The notes below the pieces were generated by a model. The model was not told the origin of the DNA and ran no database searches. It was given only the letters and a program-made list of their open reading frames with translations. 64,000 nt of DNA. It comes from the human T2T-CHM13v2.0 reference genome, Homo sapiens. The stretch's first letter is position 1; each line of letters starts with the position of its first letter. The position numbers and the translations under genes were made by a program. Below are positions 41,029 to 58,100 of this stretch, in pieces. The stretch lies in assembly GCF_009914755.1 (NCBI RefSeq), contig NC_060940.1; one strand, given 5' to 3'.

Positions 41029-41849
41029 CCTGTCTAGCGGTGTTTTTATGAGGTTTTTAGTGCTGGGCTTTGCATCGTGGTGACGGTGTGTGTGTGGGGG
41101 TGTTGATCACTGTTTTCAGTGTTCTCTGATCATTTCTTGCTTAGAAAGGAGGAAATTAGAATTGTTGAGCTATGATTTGTTTTAATCAGAAAGAAATTGT
41201 CTAACATAAATCTCTTCGTGAGCTCTGGAAAAGCCCCTAAAGCGGCCAGGAAAAAAATATCAATACTTTGCAAAGGAGGAATGATTGTTCCAATTCGTGG
41301 CTTAATTGACTTTAAGCCTTAATGAAACTAAGGCCGGAGCGGGTGGCACACTCCGTGGCTGGGATCCACAGTGAAATCTACGCTGGGAGAGGAGGAATTT
41401 AGGGTGGTAATTTGGTTCTTTGCTATTGACGAAATTTTCTAATTGACTGGGGTTACTTAATACCAGATAATATTTTTTTCTTGCTATAAAGAGAGTAAAT
41501 TTGTTTTTTTCTGAGGAACACAGGAATTTATTTTAAATTACAGCTTTTTCTATTGGAAGCATTCATTTATGTTGGATTATTGTTCCCTGAGTGAAATTTC
41601 ACTGATGCTGTATAATTAAATATAGATTTTTTTAGAGATAGTATATATTTTAGATGTATAAGTGGATAAACTGGAGGTATGGAAGGTCTTTATTTAAGGA
41701 GAATAAATAGCCCACCCCATCAACATGATGGCCCTTGGAAAGGACTCTTTTAGCCTCCGCGAGTTCCTTTTCCGCACCAGGCTCCACTTACGAAGGACTG
41801 CAAAAACTTGCTAATGTCATCAGTCTGAAAGGATTGAGCTGTAAAATGT

Positions 41850-42095
41850 GTTATGGGGGCCTAAGCAACGCATCTGGAATTTAGCCTTCCCAAGTTCAAA
41901 TCCGGTTTATGCCACTTGCGAAAACCATGTGACCTTCACTTGTTCTTATTGCCTCAGTTTCCTCATCTGTAACTTGGGGATGATGACAGTATTTGGATCA
42001 CAAGATTGTTGTGAAGATGAACTGAAGTGCTAATGTGAAATGTTCATGATGGTACCCGAGTACTTGCGGTGGTACCTAGCGTGTGCTTTCCAAGT
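41850..42095 (+). mobile_element. MIR
   Basis: gttcaaatcc...tgtgacct...gcctcagtttcctcatctgtaa. Confidence 0.8.
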
Positions 42096-42474
42096 GCTGG
42101 CAAAGAAAAGAAAAGAATTGCTTGGGGCTCTGCCTACCTGTCTAGGCTCCTGTCTGGCCATTCTCTTTCTTGTTCCAACCATATCAAACTCACTGCTGTT
42201 GCTAAACCTTCCTGTCTCTCTGCATCTTGGCACAGACTATGTCCTCTGCTTGGAAGGGTCTCAGCTAAGCTTTTCCTCCCCACATCTGCCTCTGTATCCT
42301 GTGAGTCTCTGTTCAAGGGTATCTTTCCCACAAAGCTTTCCTGGGCTTCTCTTTCCTGTCTCCTGCCCTCCCTTCCTTCTTTTGTTCAGCACATCGCTGT
42401 CAACCTTCTTCTCTGGGTCAGGTAGAGCACTGAGCACCAGTGATATGGCAGTGATAAAGAAAGCAAAGGTTCTC

Positions 42475-42899
<425 letters not shown>

Positions 42900-43229
42900 T
42901 CAACAAGCATGTTTTGATCCTTTATTCTATACCAGCCGTCCCACTGGACTCTCAGCACATATAGGTATGCGAGACGTTGTCCTTGCCCTAAGTGTGGAGA
43001 CAGACACGTAAATTAATAGTAATAATAATATCTACCACCCACTAGGGGTCTATGTGTGTATGTGTTGGGGGCGGTGTGGCTGGGGAGGGAAGCAAGGCCT
43101 GTATTATGGCCCAAGCTCAAGAATATTCGGGCAAGAGCAGATACAATGCCTGTATTTCTCATCACTTTTGGGTGGCATAGGACCAGTTGGTTATGAGCGT
43201 GAAAGGTTTTCTTTGACTTTGGTGGTCTA

Positions 43230-43450
43230 GTTAGTGGTTGAGAACATGGATTTTGGAATCAGCCCGGTGGAGGTTGGAATCCTGGCTGCGCCGTTCTGTA
43301 GCAGTGTTGTGGATCTCAGACAAGGTGTTCCTGCATATGCCTCTCTATCTTCCTACAAGAAATGGAGGTATTGCATCCCCGAACCGTAGGATGCTTGTCA
43401 GGATTAAATGAGATAACAGTGCCTGGTTAGTGGCACATGCTCAGTAACAC
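43230..43450 (+). mobile_element. MIR
   Basis: agtggttgagaacatggattttggaatcag...aggattaaatgagataa. Confidence 0.7.
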
Positions 43451-44644
43451 CTGCCAAGTACCACTCACTGAGCCGAAATCTCCTGAATACCACCCCTTCA
43501 TGCCTTGCACATCCTGGGTTCTAACTCATTGAGGTGCCCCCACCTTTCCTTCTTCCCATCAACAACTCTTGTGCCCACGAGGGACTGGCCTCCTCAGTGC
43601 CACACAGAGCCTCCCCTGAGTAGATTTGTGTCATTTTCAAACAAAGCATCCTCGCTGCAGTGTTGGATTTTGTAGGATGGTGACCGTTTACAGAAACCTC
43701 TGGTCCGTGAGCCAATTTGGAGAAAATTGAATCATTCTCTGTGCCTTTCGGCTTGCATCCTAAAAGCCTGCACAAACACTTTGGGCAGGCTTCAGCAACT
43801 TCACATCAAGGGCTCAATTGCAGCTCCAATATAAAAACCTCCCCCGTTGCTCTCTGTGTGTGAAGCTGGATTCCATGCTTGGCACAGACCTCGGTGCTCA
43901 CGGTAATGCTTCCTTCCACCATATCAGAAGGTCCTCAGCAGCCGCAGCCACTTAACATGCTCGGTGCTTCTCTGTAGGAGGATTTTTAAAAAGCAGGAAC
44001 TGTCAGGGTCCCAAATGTTCAGTGGCACTTCAGCCAGAGGTAGGATAGGGATTTTGAAGTGTTTGGAGAAGTGTTTTCATATTTGAATTTACGGGGATGG
44101 GGTGGGCTGGGGTAGGCAAGGGACAGACTGTAGCGATTCGCTTGGTGTTTTCTCATGATGCCAGAGAAAATGACCTCATTATCATCATGCTCACATTCAC
44201 CTTTGCCAGGACCCCTGTGTAGAAATAATCATGAACTTAGTGACTGACAATCATAAGCGTTTTATGATTTGTGGAGGATTTATATGTGAAGGAAAATGGA
44301 TGAATTAAAAATATTAAACAGCTTAGCCGGCACCCACATGGATGAATCACCGAGATCTATTTTTTCCCCGTTTATACTATAAACATATGGCATGAATTTT
44401 CTGCTCTCATTACAGATGCTGAGAGAAGGCAAAGACAAATATTTATATTACATTCATGTTTTACAGTAAAAACACTGTTCGGTTTGTTTACACAGTTCCA
44501 CTGTTACAGTTTTTATGGTCGGTAATGCAACCACCGTAAAAGCAAGTCTGGGTTATATAGCAGATGTGATAAGCCCTCATACTCAGAGAGATGTCTGGGA
44601 AAGAATCGTTGATGTCACATGTACAGGATCAACAATGGAATTAT

Positions 44645-45020
44645 GTGTTGGGACAGTCTAAGTTATGCTGTAATAACAACCAACCTCAAAATCTCTGGGG
44701 CTTGAAACAACAAAGGTTTATTTCTTGCTCAAACTGTATTTTCATCATGAGTTGCTTGGAGGGATCTGTGAGATGGGGATCTCACTCAGCCACCGGGGCC
44801 CACAGAGCAGCCTGCACTGCTGGATGTTGTGACAGAGGAAGAGAGGGATGTGCTGACCCTCGCTCTGGCTCAAAAGTGACTCCTGCCATCTCTGCTCACA
44901 TTCCATTGGCCAAAGCAAGTCTCAGGGCCAAGGAGTGGGCAGTAGTAGGGTGCTGTGTGTGTGTACAAACCCACCATATGTGCATAGAGGGAGGCCGAGA
45001 ACTGGACTATCAGAGAATAG
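44645..45020 (-). mobile_element. Old MaLR LTR (MLT1K/L-like)
   Basis: gttatgctgtaataacaaccaacctcaaaatctc..ggcttgaaacaacaaaggtttatttcttgctca...ctgctcacattccattggccaaagcaagtc. Confidence 0.75.
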
Positions 45021-45464
45021 CCAAAGATTTCTTTCCACGGTCATGTCAAGCCTTTTTGCTGTTATTTAATTGATGTTCTATTTTTAATGCAACATGGAAT
45101 CAGAAGAATATAGAACAGGCGTCAAAGACCCTCCCGCCTCTGTAACCGCACTGTTTAAAATTGATGAGACTCTGTCTTCATTCGAAGATGATCTGATAGG
45201 AAGGATTCACAGCTTTCCCCAAGAATACACCACAGTGCATACAAATCCTCGAAGCCGCAGAACTTTTTCAAGTTGAACTGTGAACTGTGATTTTTTTTTT
45301 TTTTTAAGTAAGTTTACATGTAGAAGCTCATTGGTAGAGAGCTTTAGATATATTACTTCCCAGGGTGGTGCATCCTGTCACCATGAAGTAGGCATGAAAT
45401 GCTGGAGATATGCGTTCATTCAAAGAAAATAAAAAGGCGCAATTATGAAAAGCTCTCAAAGTGA

Positions 45465-45768
<304 letters not shown>

Positions 45769-45807
45769 TCAAAGTGACTTTAACAGCAACTTAAAGGCGG
45801 TGGCTAG

Positions 45808-46120
45808 CTCTGCCCCATTCAGTATGGTAGCCACTGGCCATGTGTGGCAGTTGAGTGCTTGAAAGGTAGTTAGTCCAGATTGAAATGAGCTGTTGATATA
45901 AAATAACATGACTCCCAGGTTTCAGACAGTATAAAAAAATCTTAATTAACATTTTTATATTAGTTCCATGCTGAAATAATATTTGAGACATACTAGGTTA
46001 AATAAAATATCATTGAAGTTCATTTAATCTGTTTCTTTTTACCTTTTTTTTTTTTTGACACGGCTCCTGGAAAGGTTAACAATATGTAGGTGACCCTTTA
46101 TTTTCATCAGACATTGCCGA
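45808..46120. mobile_element. MER33/MER3-type hAT DNA transposon
   Basis: tatggtagccactggccatgtgtggcagttgagtgcttgaaa...tgctgaaataatattt...ggttaaataaaatat. Confidence 0.8.
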
Positions 46121-46284
46121 CCTAGAGGGTAACCACTGGAGAGGAAAAAAGTACAATTTGGTATTTTTGTCACAAATCCTTAATTGCTAGAACTCACAGT
46201 TTAACCTGACAGTTGATCAATTGATATCCTTTGACTTGTTGGAATTTTATTCTTTACATTCGTCTTTTAAAAAGCTTTATTTTA

Positions 46285-46920
<636 letters not shown>

Positions 46921-47131
46921 TAGTTTTTATTCTTTGAGTTATATCTTAACCAGGTTAACTGAGGGTAATTGTCTTAGGCAAGTTAGTACCAAATGATGCT
47001 CTTGGTTCCTTGTCTGTCTTTTTGCCCATCCAACCCACCCTTCACACATGGCCGAGTTATGCCAAACTTTGCAAGAGGTGCCAGGTGGGCACAAAGAAAA
47101 GAGGACTGCACTCAAGGAACTTAGTCTTTGA

Positions 47132-47630
<499 letters not shown>

Positions 47631-48010
47631 TTAGAAAGCAGTTACTTTCTCACCCAATTTTAAAGGAGAAAGGTAGATGCGGTGGGTTCTAGGGATTTCA
47701 GTGACGTAACAGGTGTTTCCCAGGCATTAAGACCTAGTAAGGTTTCCATTTCCATTAGGTATTATGGATGCATTCCAAGAATTTAATTACTATAACATCA
47801 CTTCATTCATTGTAATTCCTTACTAGAGTTATGAGAACTTGGGATTGTGTGGTTTCTTATTCAATCGATTAAAAGGTACTTGCTATAGTTTTCTAACTAG
47901 CTATTTATATGAAATTTAGTACTTGTCAATATGTATTAAATCAATACAGTTATATTTATCAAAGTGGTGAGAAGAGTTTACATCTGAACATAGAATAGAT
48001 TGCTTGCCTT

Positions 48011-48407
<397 letters not shown>

Positions 48408-49436
48408 TCATTTAGAAGTTTTGAGACGATAATATTAGGGAAAAATAACAGCAAATGTTACTTGATAGACACTAAACTCTGGGGCATATGAGATGACCCA
48501 GGCTGGAAAACCACTGGCTTACATAAAGGTATTGACAGACCCATGGGTGTTAAGATCCTTCATGGCTACTGGGGAGAAATGACAGGCCTTTTGAAATCGT
48601 ATCAGTGGTTTTCCCTGGGATCACTGGAAATAATACCCCTGTTTGACAAGATATGACACATGCTCTGTTTTAATTCTGCATTTGACTAACAGAAAAGATT
48701 GGTGAAGATCAGACTCTGCTTTAAAGTTATTGAAGCAGGGTACAAGGAAAAGGGGAAGGGAATAGAGGCTGCAGAGGAGAATGGGGGAAGGGGGCAGGAA
48801 GGTAAAATTTGGAGGTGCAGGCAGAGTCAAGGTCATGCCTGAGGCCCAACCTTCCTGTTGAAGCTGGTGTTTGATTCAAGCTGTGGCTGAGAACATGCAG
48901 CTCATCTGGAGGGTAGAGTTGCAAGACATGGGTTCAGGTCTGAGCCAAGCCAGAAACTGGAGAAAGCGTGGCTTCTCAAGACTAGGAATACCTAGATTCC
49001 AGAGGTGGCGTGGGCATGGGGCACATTGTGACAAGTTAACAGCAAGATCTTCAGAGCTGCAGCTCACCTGTGCCACGATGGTCTCCTAGGAGCCCTTTCC
49101 TGCTGTAGTCCCGCCCCGAGGGGTTTCACTTCCCATTGCCTCTTGGTAGCCATGGGCACTTTGGTGCTCTGATGATGTAACATGGAGATTGTCCTTGTCT
49201 CCATCGCTGTCTTTACTGGTGTATGCCCATGAGGTATGTCAAAGTCTGTATGTGTTTGTAATAATGCTGGATCATTTGTCCACCTTCAGAGACAACTGAA
49301 GACAGTTTTAAGTGAAACCACACAGAGGGCATATACCATTGGGACAAGAGGTCTGAAGTCTATTTTTGAGAAAGAGAAGAGATCAAGTAGTTAACAGCCA
49401 GTGGCTATCATAATAATGGCACCTAAACAAATCCTT

Positions 49437-49757
<321 letters not shown>

Positions 49758-49799
49758 CAAATCCTTCTTACTTTTCCTCAAGAACTCACTTCCCACCCA

Positions 49800-50270
49800 A
49801 ACCTTTCCTATTGTGGCAGCTGTTATCTTGTCCAGCACATGTGTCCACACTTGGTATTAATAGCTCCATCTTAGGAACTATGAAAGTGAGGGGGGTGGTG
49901 GTAATTTGCATGAACTGGTTTGGGCCAGTTATGGTCTGTTACATCCTTGCTGAAATGGTTGGTGCTAAGATGAGCACTTGGCTTAGGCCAGACCAGTCCC
50001 TAGCCTGTGGAGAAGGGGCAATCTCTTATCTGAAGGCCTAGGAGGTGCAGGGATGTTTATATGGGCTGCTAGCGCTTAGTTTCCTGCCACAAGGAGACAG
50101 TAAGAAAGGTGACGTCAATCTGAGATGAGAGGGAGAGCAAAACAGTTCTTTTGACCACCTTGACCCCGACCTTGAAATAAGGTGGAACTAATAAATCCCG
50201 CTTTGTGCTGGAGCAAGTTTTGGCTGAGTTTCTGTCACTTGCAACCAAATCAGTCCTATCCAGTATACCT
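49800..50270 (+). mobile_element. Old MaLR LTR (MLT1J/K-like), sense orientation
   Basis: 3' end aataaatccc...gagtttctgtcacttgcaaccaaa..agtccta; 5' boundary uncertain. Confidence 0.6.
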
Positions 50271-51887
50271 AGTGACTCTCTGGTCTCCAAAGGCTATGCC
50301 TGCTGGGTACTGAGTGTCTCCCCGACCGACCCCATGATGGCTACAGTGCACATCCCTTCCAGCCAACTCTATTGTGCACACATATTCGTAGGGTGAGTTG
50401 GGCCCCAGGTAGAGTGATTGGCTCAGATCCTGCATCCTTTCAGGGTCTGACTGTAATCACACTGGCATGGCAGGGGGAAAGTGTATTGGATTTCAGAGTC
50501 AAAAACCACTTGGTATGAAACCCAGCTCATTTTCTATGTGGATGTCCAACCTGAGCCAGATAATTAATCTTGGAGATGACGCTGCATACTTCATCAAGTT
50601 GTAAAGTTGACTGCTGTGATAATGGAGAATGCTGGACAGGCTGCTTTTCATGTCATGGGTTCGCTATACTTTAGTTCCCATTATATCATCCTGCCAATCC
50701 CCATTTGTTGTTTTTTTGGGACCCAGGGTATCAGTCATCTGATCATTGTGTGACTTTCTCAAGGACCTTTACTTGAGTCTTGCACCTCTGGTCCACAATG
50801 TCCACATACCAGCTTGATGGTGACTTGTGTCATTCTCCATCCCCTTGTTAAGAGAAAATCTACTTTATGAGCCCTCTTTCCAACCGCAGTGTTGAGGACT
50901 AGACCAGGCAAGATGATGCCGCTGGACCACTGGATCCAGCTGGACCGCTAGACCACAGAGCCCCTGGAGCCTCCCAAGGCCAAGCCCGCCAGCCACACAC
51001 ACCTTTGTGAGAATTAAGAAAAGATGCCCCCTCCTCTTGGGGCCCACAGCTCCTCCACCTGGGCACCCGGCCTGGTGAACAGGGTGCAGGCTGGGATTTA
51101 GCCCTACCTTGCTTTTGGACCATTGAGCTACTAAGTTGGAGCAACAAGGCTTGGGAATTTTTCTTTGATCATAGGTAGGAAAGGTAAAAAAACATAAATC
51201 TGCCAATAGAAAATAGCATCGTAATGAGTTTCTACTATATTTGTTTGGGCTTTGAAAAATATGCCGCCAAAATATATCAATGTATGGTCCCAACGTTTTA
51301 GGAAGTTGCATTTAAAAAATCTTGGATACCTGTTTTGTACATATTATATATAGCATCCCGTGTGAATATGTTAATTCCTTTTTATGAGTTTCGGTCTTTT
51401 TTCCCTCTCCTATACATGATTGCTGTTTTATAGCTCCAGTTTGGTGGAATTAACATAGATTTCCCACATGGGGAAGGTTTTGGGTGAGGATTTAGAACAA
51501 GGCAGGTTCTTGATCCTCGGAAGAGATTCTTATCTGAGGGGGGATTTGAGAATGGCATTGCAGAGTGGGAGGCGCTGCTGTGTGGAAAAATGAACTGGAA
51601 TAATTATTAGAACAGTTCTCAGAATTTACAGGATATTTGATCATAGGAGTAACTTTCCTCAGGAGTGATGGATGGAATGCCTGTACTTGGAATATTTTTA
51701 AATTAATCTATTTTCATTACATTGAAAGTATGACACACAGAGAACACTAAAATTGGATGAGGCACTACCTGGAATTATATAAAGAATGACAAAGATGCGG
51801 TTATCCATTTATTTTCTAGGCAAGTTAGTTAGCCTCTCTGTGTTTCTATTTCTTTGTTTATAAAAGAGGGACAAAAATAGGACCTAT

Positions 51888-52012
51888 TACTATCTAGGTG
51901 ACAGGATCATTCATACCCCAAACCTCAGCATAATGCAATATACTCATGTAACAAATCTGCATAAGTACCCCCTTAATCTGAAATAAAAGTTGAAATTATT
52001 AAAAAAGAAAAC
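51888..52012 (+). mobile_element. L1PB-type 3' end fragment inserted in a MIR (about 51790-52430)
   Basis: tactatctaggtgacaggatcattcataccccaaacctcagcat..tgcaatatactcatgtaacaaatctgca...aaataaaagttgaaatt; TSD aaataggacc. Confidence 0.85.
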
Positions 52013-52015
52013 GAA

Positions 52016-52389
<374 letters not shown>

Positions 52390-52689
52390 TTATAGTGTCT
52401 GGCATACAATAAATACTTTGTAATGTTACTGGTGTCTTCTTACCGTTATTGTCTCACTGGTGACCGTTTGAAATGTTGAAGCTTTATTATTACAGATAAT
52501 GGTGGATATAGTCTCTTCCTTGTTTATTTTTTGACAGAATCTTTTTTTAAAAAAGTTTTTATTTGTTTGGTGAGAATTTACTTGTTACAGGTCTAGTGCT
52601 GTTATAGTTGAATGTTTTGAATTATGTAACTTAAGTGAAACATAAAGCTATGACTTGAATTTTGTGGTTAGAAATTTTCTCAGTCGATT

Positions 52690-53080
52690 GACAAGGATGG
52701 CGTATTGGCCACCTTTTGCCGCAGTAACAAACAATCCCAGACTCTCAAGGCTTGCAAAAATAAATGTGTGTTTGTTTGCTCATAACACATGTGGCTGAGG
52801 GTTGGCCGTGGCTCCACAGTCACGGGTGGGCTTTCCTGGGCTCAGCTTCTCACAGCGTCTCCTTGCAGGGCCCAGGCTGTAGGAGATGTCATCAGGGCCT
52901 GCAGAGGGCAAAACCTCACAGAGGCTTCTGTTCATACATTGTTGTACCTCATGTGTGCATCATATTGTCATATATCAATGGCAGTAGCCAAGACCAACAG
53001 CCAAGACCAATGTATTCTGCCCACAGGAAAGTGAGGCAAAGGCAGGGAGGGAATGATAATTGTGAACAAAGAATTCACTT
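52690..53080 (-). mobile_element. Old MaLR LTR (MLT1K/L-like)
   Basis: gccgcagtaacaaacaatcccagactctca.ggcttgcaaaaataaatgtgtgtttgtttgctca. Confidence 0.55.
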
Positions 53081-54002
53081 GACCAAAGATGGTTTTCTTG
53101 ATATGGTTGCCACTTACCTTTCAGTAAAATAGCACTTCACAAATTTGTTTAATGTTTTATCTCAAGCTCCCAGAAGTAGCTAAAACCACGAACATACATG
53201 TTGAAAATTTCAAAAGGGAAAAAAGAAAAGAAAGGCACATCTGAGTCAGGAAAACATTAACTAGTCTTATTTCTGAGAATCAAACCGGTGGTCTTTTCAG
53301 TGATCAGTCACCCCATTAACCACACATGAATGGCACAAGTAGGAAATGCCTGCTCAGAGTCCCTGGAAGAGGTATCCAGATTTATGGCTCATCCCAGACT
53401 TCTCTAATCGAGGCTGTTTTCCCTCTAGATGCCTTAGTCAATCAGTAATTAATTTGAAATCCAAAGTTTCATTAAGTGTTATTGAGTTCTCGCACACTGA
53501 CATTTGTAGTGCTATATTTCTTTAAAATCACAAACCATTTTTCATACTGTCGTTTGCATATTTTAACAGAAAAGATTGTGGTTCTGGTGTGAATGACCCA
53601 GTTTTCTGGATATATTTACTTGAATGTCATAAACTTATTATCCTTCTCTTCCACTTCATTGCTTTTCTGCTTTTCTGAAGTATTTTGAAATCATATTTAA
53701 AACATCATTATAGCCTCTGAATTCTATCTAAAGCATAACTAAACTTTACCGGGTGACTATTTTCAAAACAATACCAAGAAGCTGGTCTTATTTAGATCTA
53801 GTCTTATATCATTGAAATATCATTAGAATTCTTATGGAAAATATGTTTTGGCTGTTTAGAGGATGCTAGGGGCTGGAAGTGAGAAGGTTTCAACACCATA
53901 TGGGTATGTGAGTATAGATGCTTACAAGAAGAAGGGTAGACTTAGCCAAAACTAATTTGGGATTTTTGTTTGTTTGAATTGTTGGAGGGTGAATGAGAGT
54001 GA

Positions 54003-54378
<376 letters not shown>

Positions 54379-54504
54379 AACTTAATTTAATTTTTTAAAA
54401 CAATATATGTCTCTTTGGAGTCAGGGTGTTTGTTACAGTGATGTTTTGCAGACAGGTTTATTGGAACTGCTTGGTAGGTGATAGGTTTTTCTTTCTGTTT
54501 TTTA

Positions 54505-54828
<324 letters not shown>

Positions 54829-54999
54829 TCAAGAATTCACATTTCTGGCCTCTCTTAAAAATATTGGAAGACATGGCAATAATTATCTGGGACTGAATAG
54901 CAGCTGCTTCTTTTTGGGACAGGTGATCACCCCCAACCCCAAACCCGTACCCTTAACTCTTCTACTCCTTTGGATGTTATCCCTGCCTGGTTTAACCAT

Positions 55000-55640
55000 C
55001 AACCCTCTTAACTCCCGATCCTTTTAAACTTCCTCTACTCTTTTTATTCTTAGCACTTAGAACCCACTAACGCTCTATGTAACTGTCTTACGTGTTCCAT
55101 TTCTTGTTTCTAGACTGTCTCCCTCCAGTAGAATGTGCGTTCTGCTATACAGCAGTGCTGTGTGACGCGATAGCAGGTCCTTTTTAAACATCTGTTGAAG
55201 GAGAAAATGAAGGCACACGTGGCCTTGCTGACATCTGAGTTTGCAACTTCTTTTATGCCTTCTGCTAACTGGGACCCCAGTGGGCTTCCCTGCTACACCC
55301 TCTGAGGTTCCCCAGACCTGCCAAGCTGTTCCATCCCCAGTTCCTTGGTGCCTGCTGGTACTTCACCCTGGAGAGCCCAGCCCTTCCACTTGTTCAGATC
55401 TCAGTCTCTCATCTGGGAGGGACAGCTTGAGCACTATGACCTGTGTGAAGCTTTTCCCAGTGCTGGCAGACTGACTGGAACCTGCTCCTTCATTAAACCT
55501 GACAGATGCCTCCACCTGGCAGTTCTACCCTAAGACCATGAACTTCTTGAGGGAGGGAGATGTGACTTTTCATCCCTGGGACCCAGCAGCTGGCTCACCT
55601 CCTACTGGTTAGTGGGTGATGATTGGATGGCTTCCGAATG
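55000..55640 (+). mobile_element. L2 fragments
   Basis: tttattcttagcactta...ctgtctccctccagtagaatgt; taagaccatgaacttcttgaggg. Confidence 0.5.
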
Positions 55641-55767
55641 AACTCAGGTGTCTTAAGTACCGTTGGTCCTGACACCATGGCCACCTTCCAGAAATTTCCA
55701 CATGTTAAGATTGCAGATGCAGGCTGGACACATTAGTGATTTCTAAGTGCTAAGAAAAAAAAAGAGC

Positions 55768-56132
<365 letters not shown>

Positions 56133-57344
56133 TTATTTTCGCACTTCCTATTTTTTGAGCCCGGGAGTGCAAGATGTAAGCTAAGAAAAGATAAGATGAA
56201 AGTATTGCTCTAACATTCTGGCTTCCTTCTATTAGAGAAGAATGCAAATCTTTGCCTTATCTCGATGATGGGCCCCACTTAACCCTTTGTTTTACTGAGA
56301 GCACTTTTCTGCAGATGATCAAGTGGAATTTACTATGATGGCCTGTCAAATCTTGAAATAATCTACCTTTAAGGAAGAAAAGTTTAACTAGATGATTGTA
56401 CCTTTTAGCCATATCTACAATTAATTTGAATGTATTGCAAGCTGTTTAAAATATTCCATTAGTGAAGAAGGTAAGCCTAGCTTCTGGTAAATACACTACT
56501 AAGTGTTTATAGTACATTTCATATTTTACATGATTTCCTTTATAATTCTGCTTATCTTTTCATTCTAATTCCCTGAAGGACATATAAAAGAACCCCTAAA
56601 GAGAGTAATTACTGCTGTACTCTTTAACCAAGGCTCCTTTTGCAAAGAGAAATCTGAGCTGCTTTTTAAAGAAGGCCGTTTTTAAATAAAAATGCAAATA
56701 AGCTACTTTGTAACCACATTAATTACCCACCTAGCCTCTTATTACCATGTTTGTATTGTTTGCAAATACTATTTACAGTCGTGTGGAAATTAACATTACT
56801 GGTCCTGAGGAAAGATTGTGTTGGGGAGGTTGTGCTTTGGAACCAATTAGGGCGAACCTTGTCTCCACTGAGACTCTGGGGAAAAGCACAGCCTTGCAAT
56901 GTCAAATAATAGCATTAGCTCTGACTGTACAGGCAGAGTGCTGTAATTATATTATTGGCCCTATTTTGCTTCTGCAATGAATTTCATTGCCTGCATTGTA
57001 AAATCAGCAGGTAGCAAAGTTTCTGCTAATGATTTAATGTACTCTCTGATCATTTTGGACAAAAGTCATGGTAAGATCCACAAGGCAATTTTATCATCCC
57101 CACTGACTACTGCCTGGTTTAAGCATTTTAAGTGAAGACAAAACATGATTCTCATCTCCTTGTTTCCTGGTGAATTCCTTCCCACACAGAAGAGAGAATT
57201 ACTTGTCTAATATATAATTTCAGGCATAAGGAGAAGGTGATATTGCATTGCAAATAATAGCAGTTAGTGGGAGTTGAGAGCCAGCTCTGCACCAGACTCG
57301 TATCAGCCACTTGACCTCCATTATTCCTTATTCCTTGGTACCTC

Positions 57345-58100
57345 TGCGCCATCTGTGATATCAGATCCTTTTTTCTGCAAGGAAACTGAGGCTCGGCGAT
57401 ACTAAGAAACTCAGCCAGGGTCCGTCAGCTGTCAAGTGGCATTGCTGGCACCCAGATTGAGGGCCATCTGACTCCAAAGCCACCTGACTCTTTCCCATAT
57501 ACCACAGTTTCTAATACGATATTATACCAAGCTTTAATATGAGCACACCTCCTGGATGATGCTGTAAATTAGTTGCCTCCCACCACACCACATCAAGTAT
57601 AATGGATATAATATGATTTTTCAGAATTCAGCTAATTACCTACTGAGCTTTACATTTTGTAACTTTTTTGACTGTCCATCAAAATGTCTTTGGGATTAAA
57701 AATTTTTTTCATATGTTTTGAGGTCAATTTGAATCTGAGTTTAATAAACGTTACCATGAAACATTTCTCCCATCTTTTTAGGAAATATCTGTGAATAAAC
57801 TCATTTTGTGATAGAAGGCTGTGTGTTTATCCAGTTTTCATCCTAAGGAGAGGGGGAGAAGGGAAATAATACTTCACGTCTTTATTGCATGCCAAACGTT
57901 TATAGACATTATATGATTTCATCCTTTAATAACCCCATGAAAAGGATGTCATTGTCTTCACTTGACAAATGAGGGAGATGGCAGTGCAATCAAGACATAC
58001 TGACAAGGAGAGGAGGTGAGCGACTTGCCCGAGGCCACGCTGCTGATACCTTGGCAGAAGCAGAATTTGAAAACAGAGCCCCCATATGTTTTAACTGCTC
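57345..58100 (-). mobile_element. Two MIR fragments (about 57345-57500 and 57880-58100)
   Basis: aaggaaactgaggctc...ctgactccaaagcc; ttcatcctttaataaccccatga...gacttgcccgaggccac. Confidence 0.6.

Noticed and set aside
44591-45073. 160-aa ATG-initiated ORF
   Set aside because: Lies over an antisense MLT1 LTR, with no protein similarity I can recognise.
50865-51311. 148-aa minus-strand ORF over a GC-richer patch (possible processed pseudogene)
   Set aside because: No recognisable parent protein, poly(A) tail or TSD. A BLAST search would be needed to exclude it fully.
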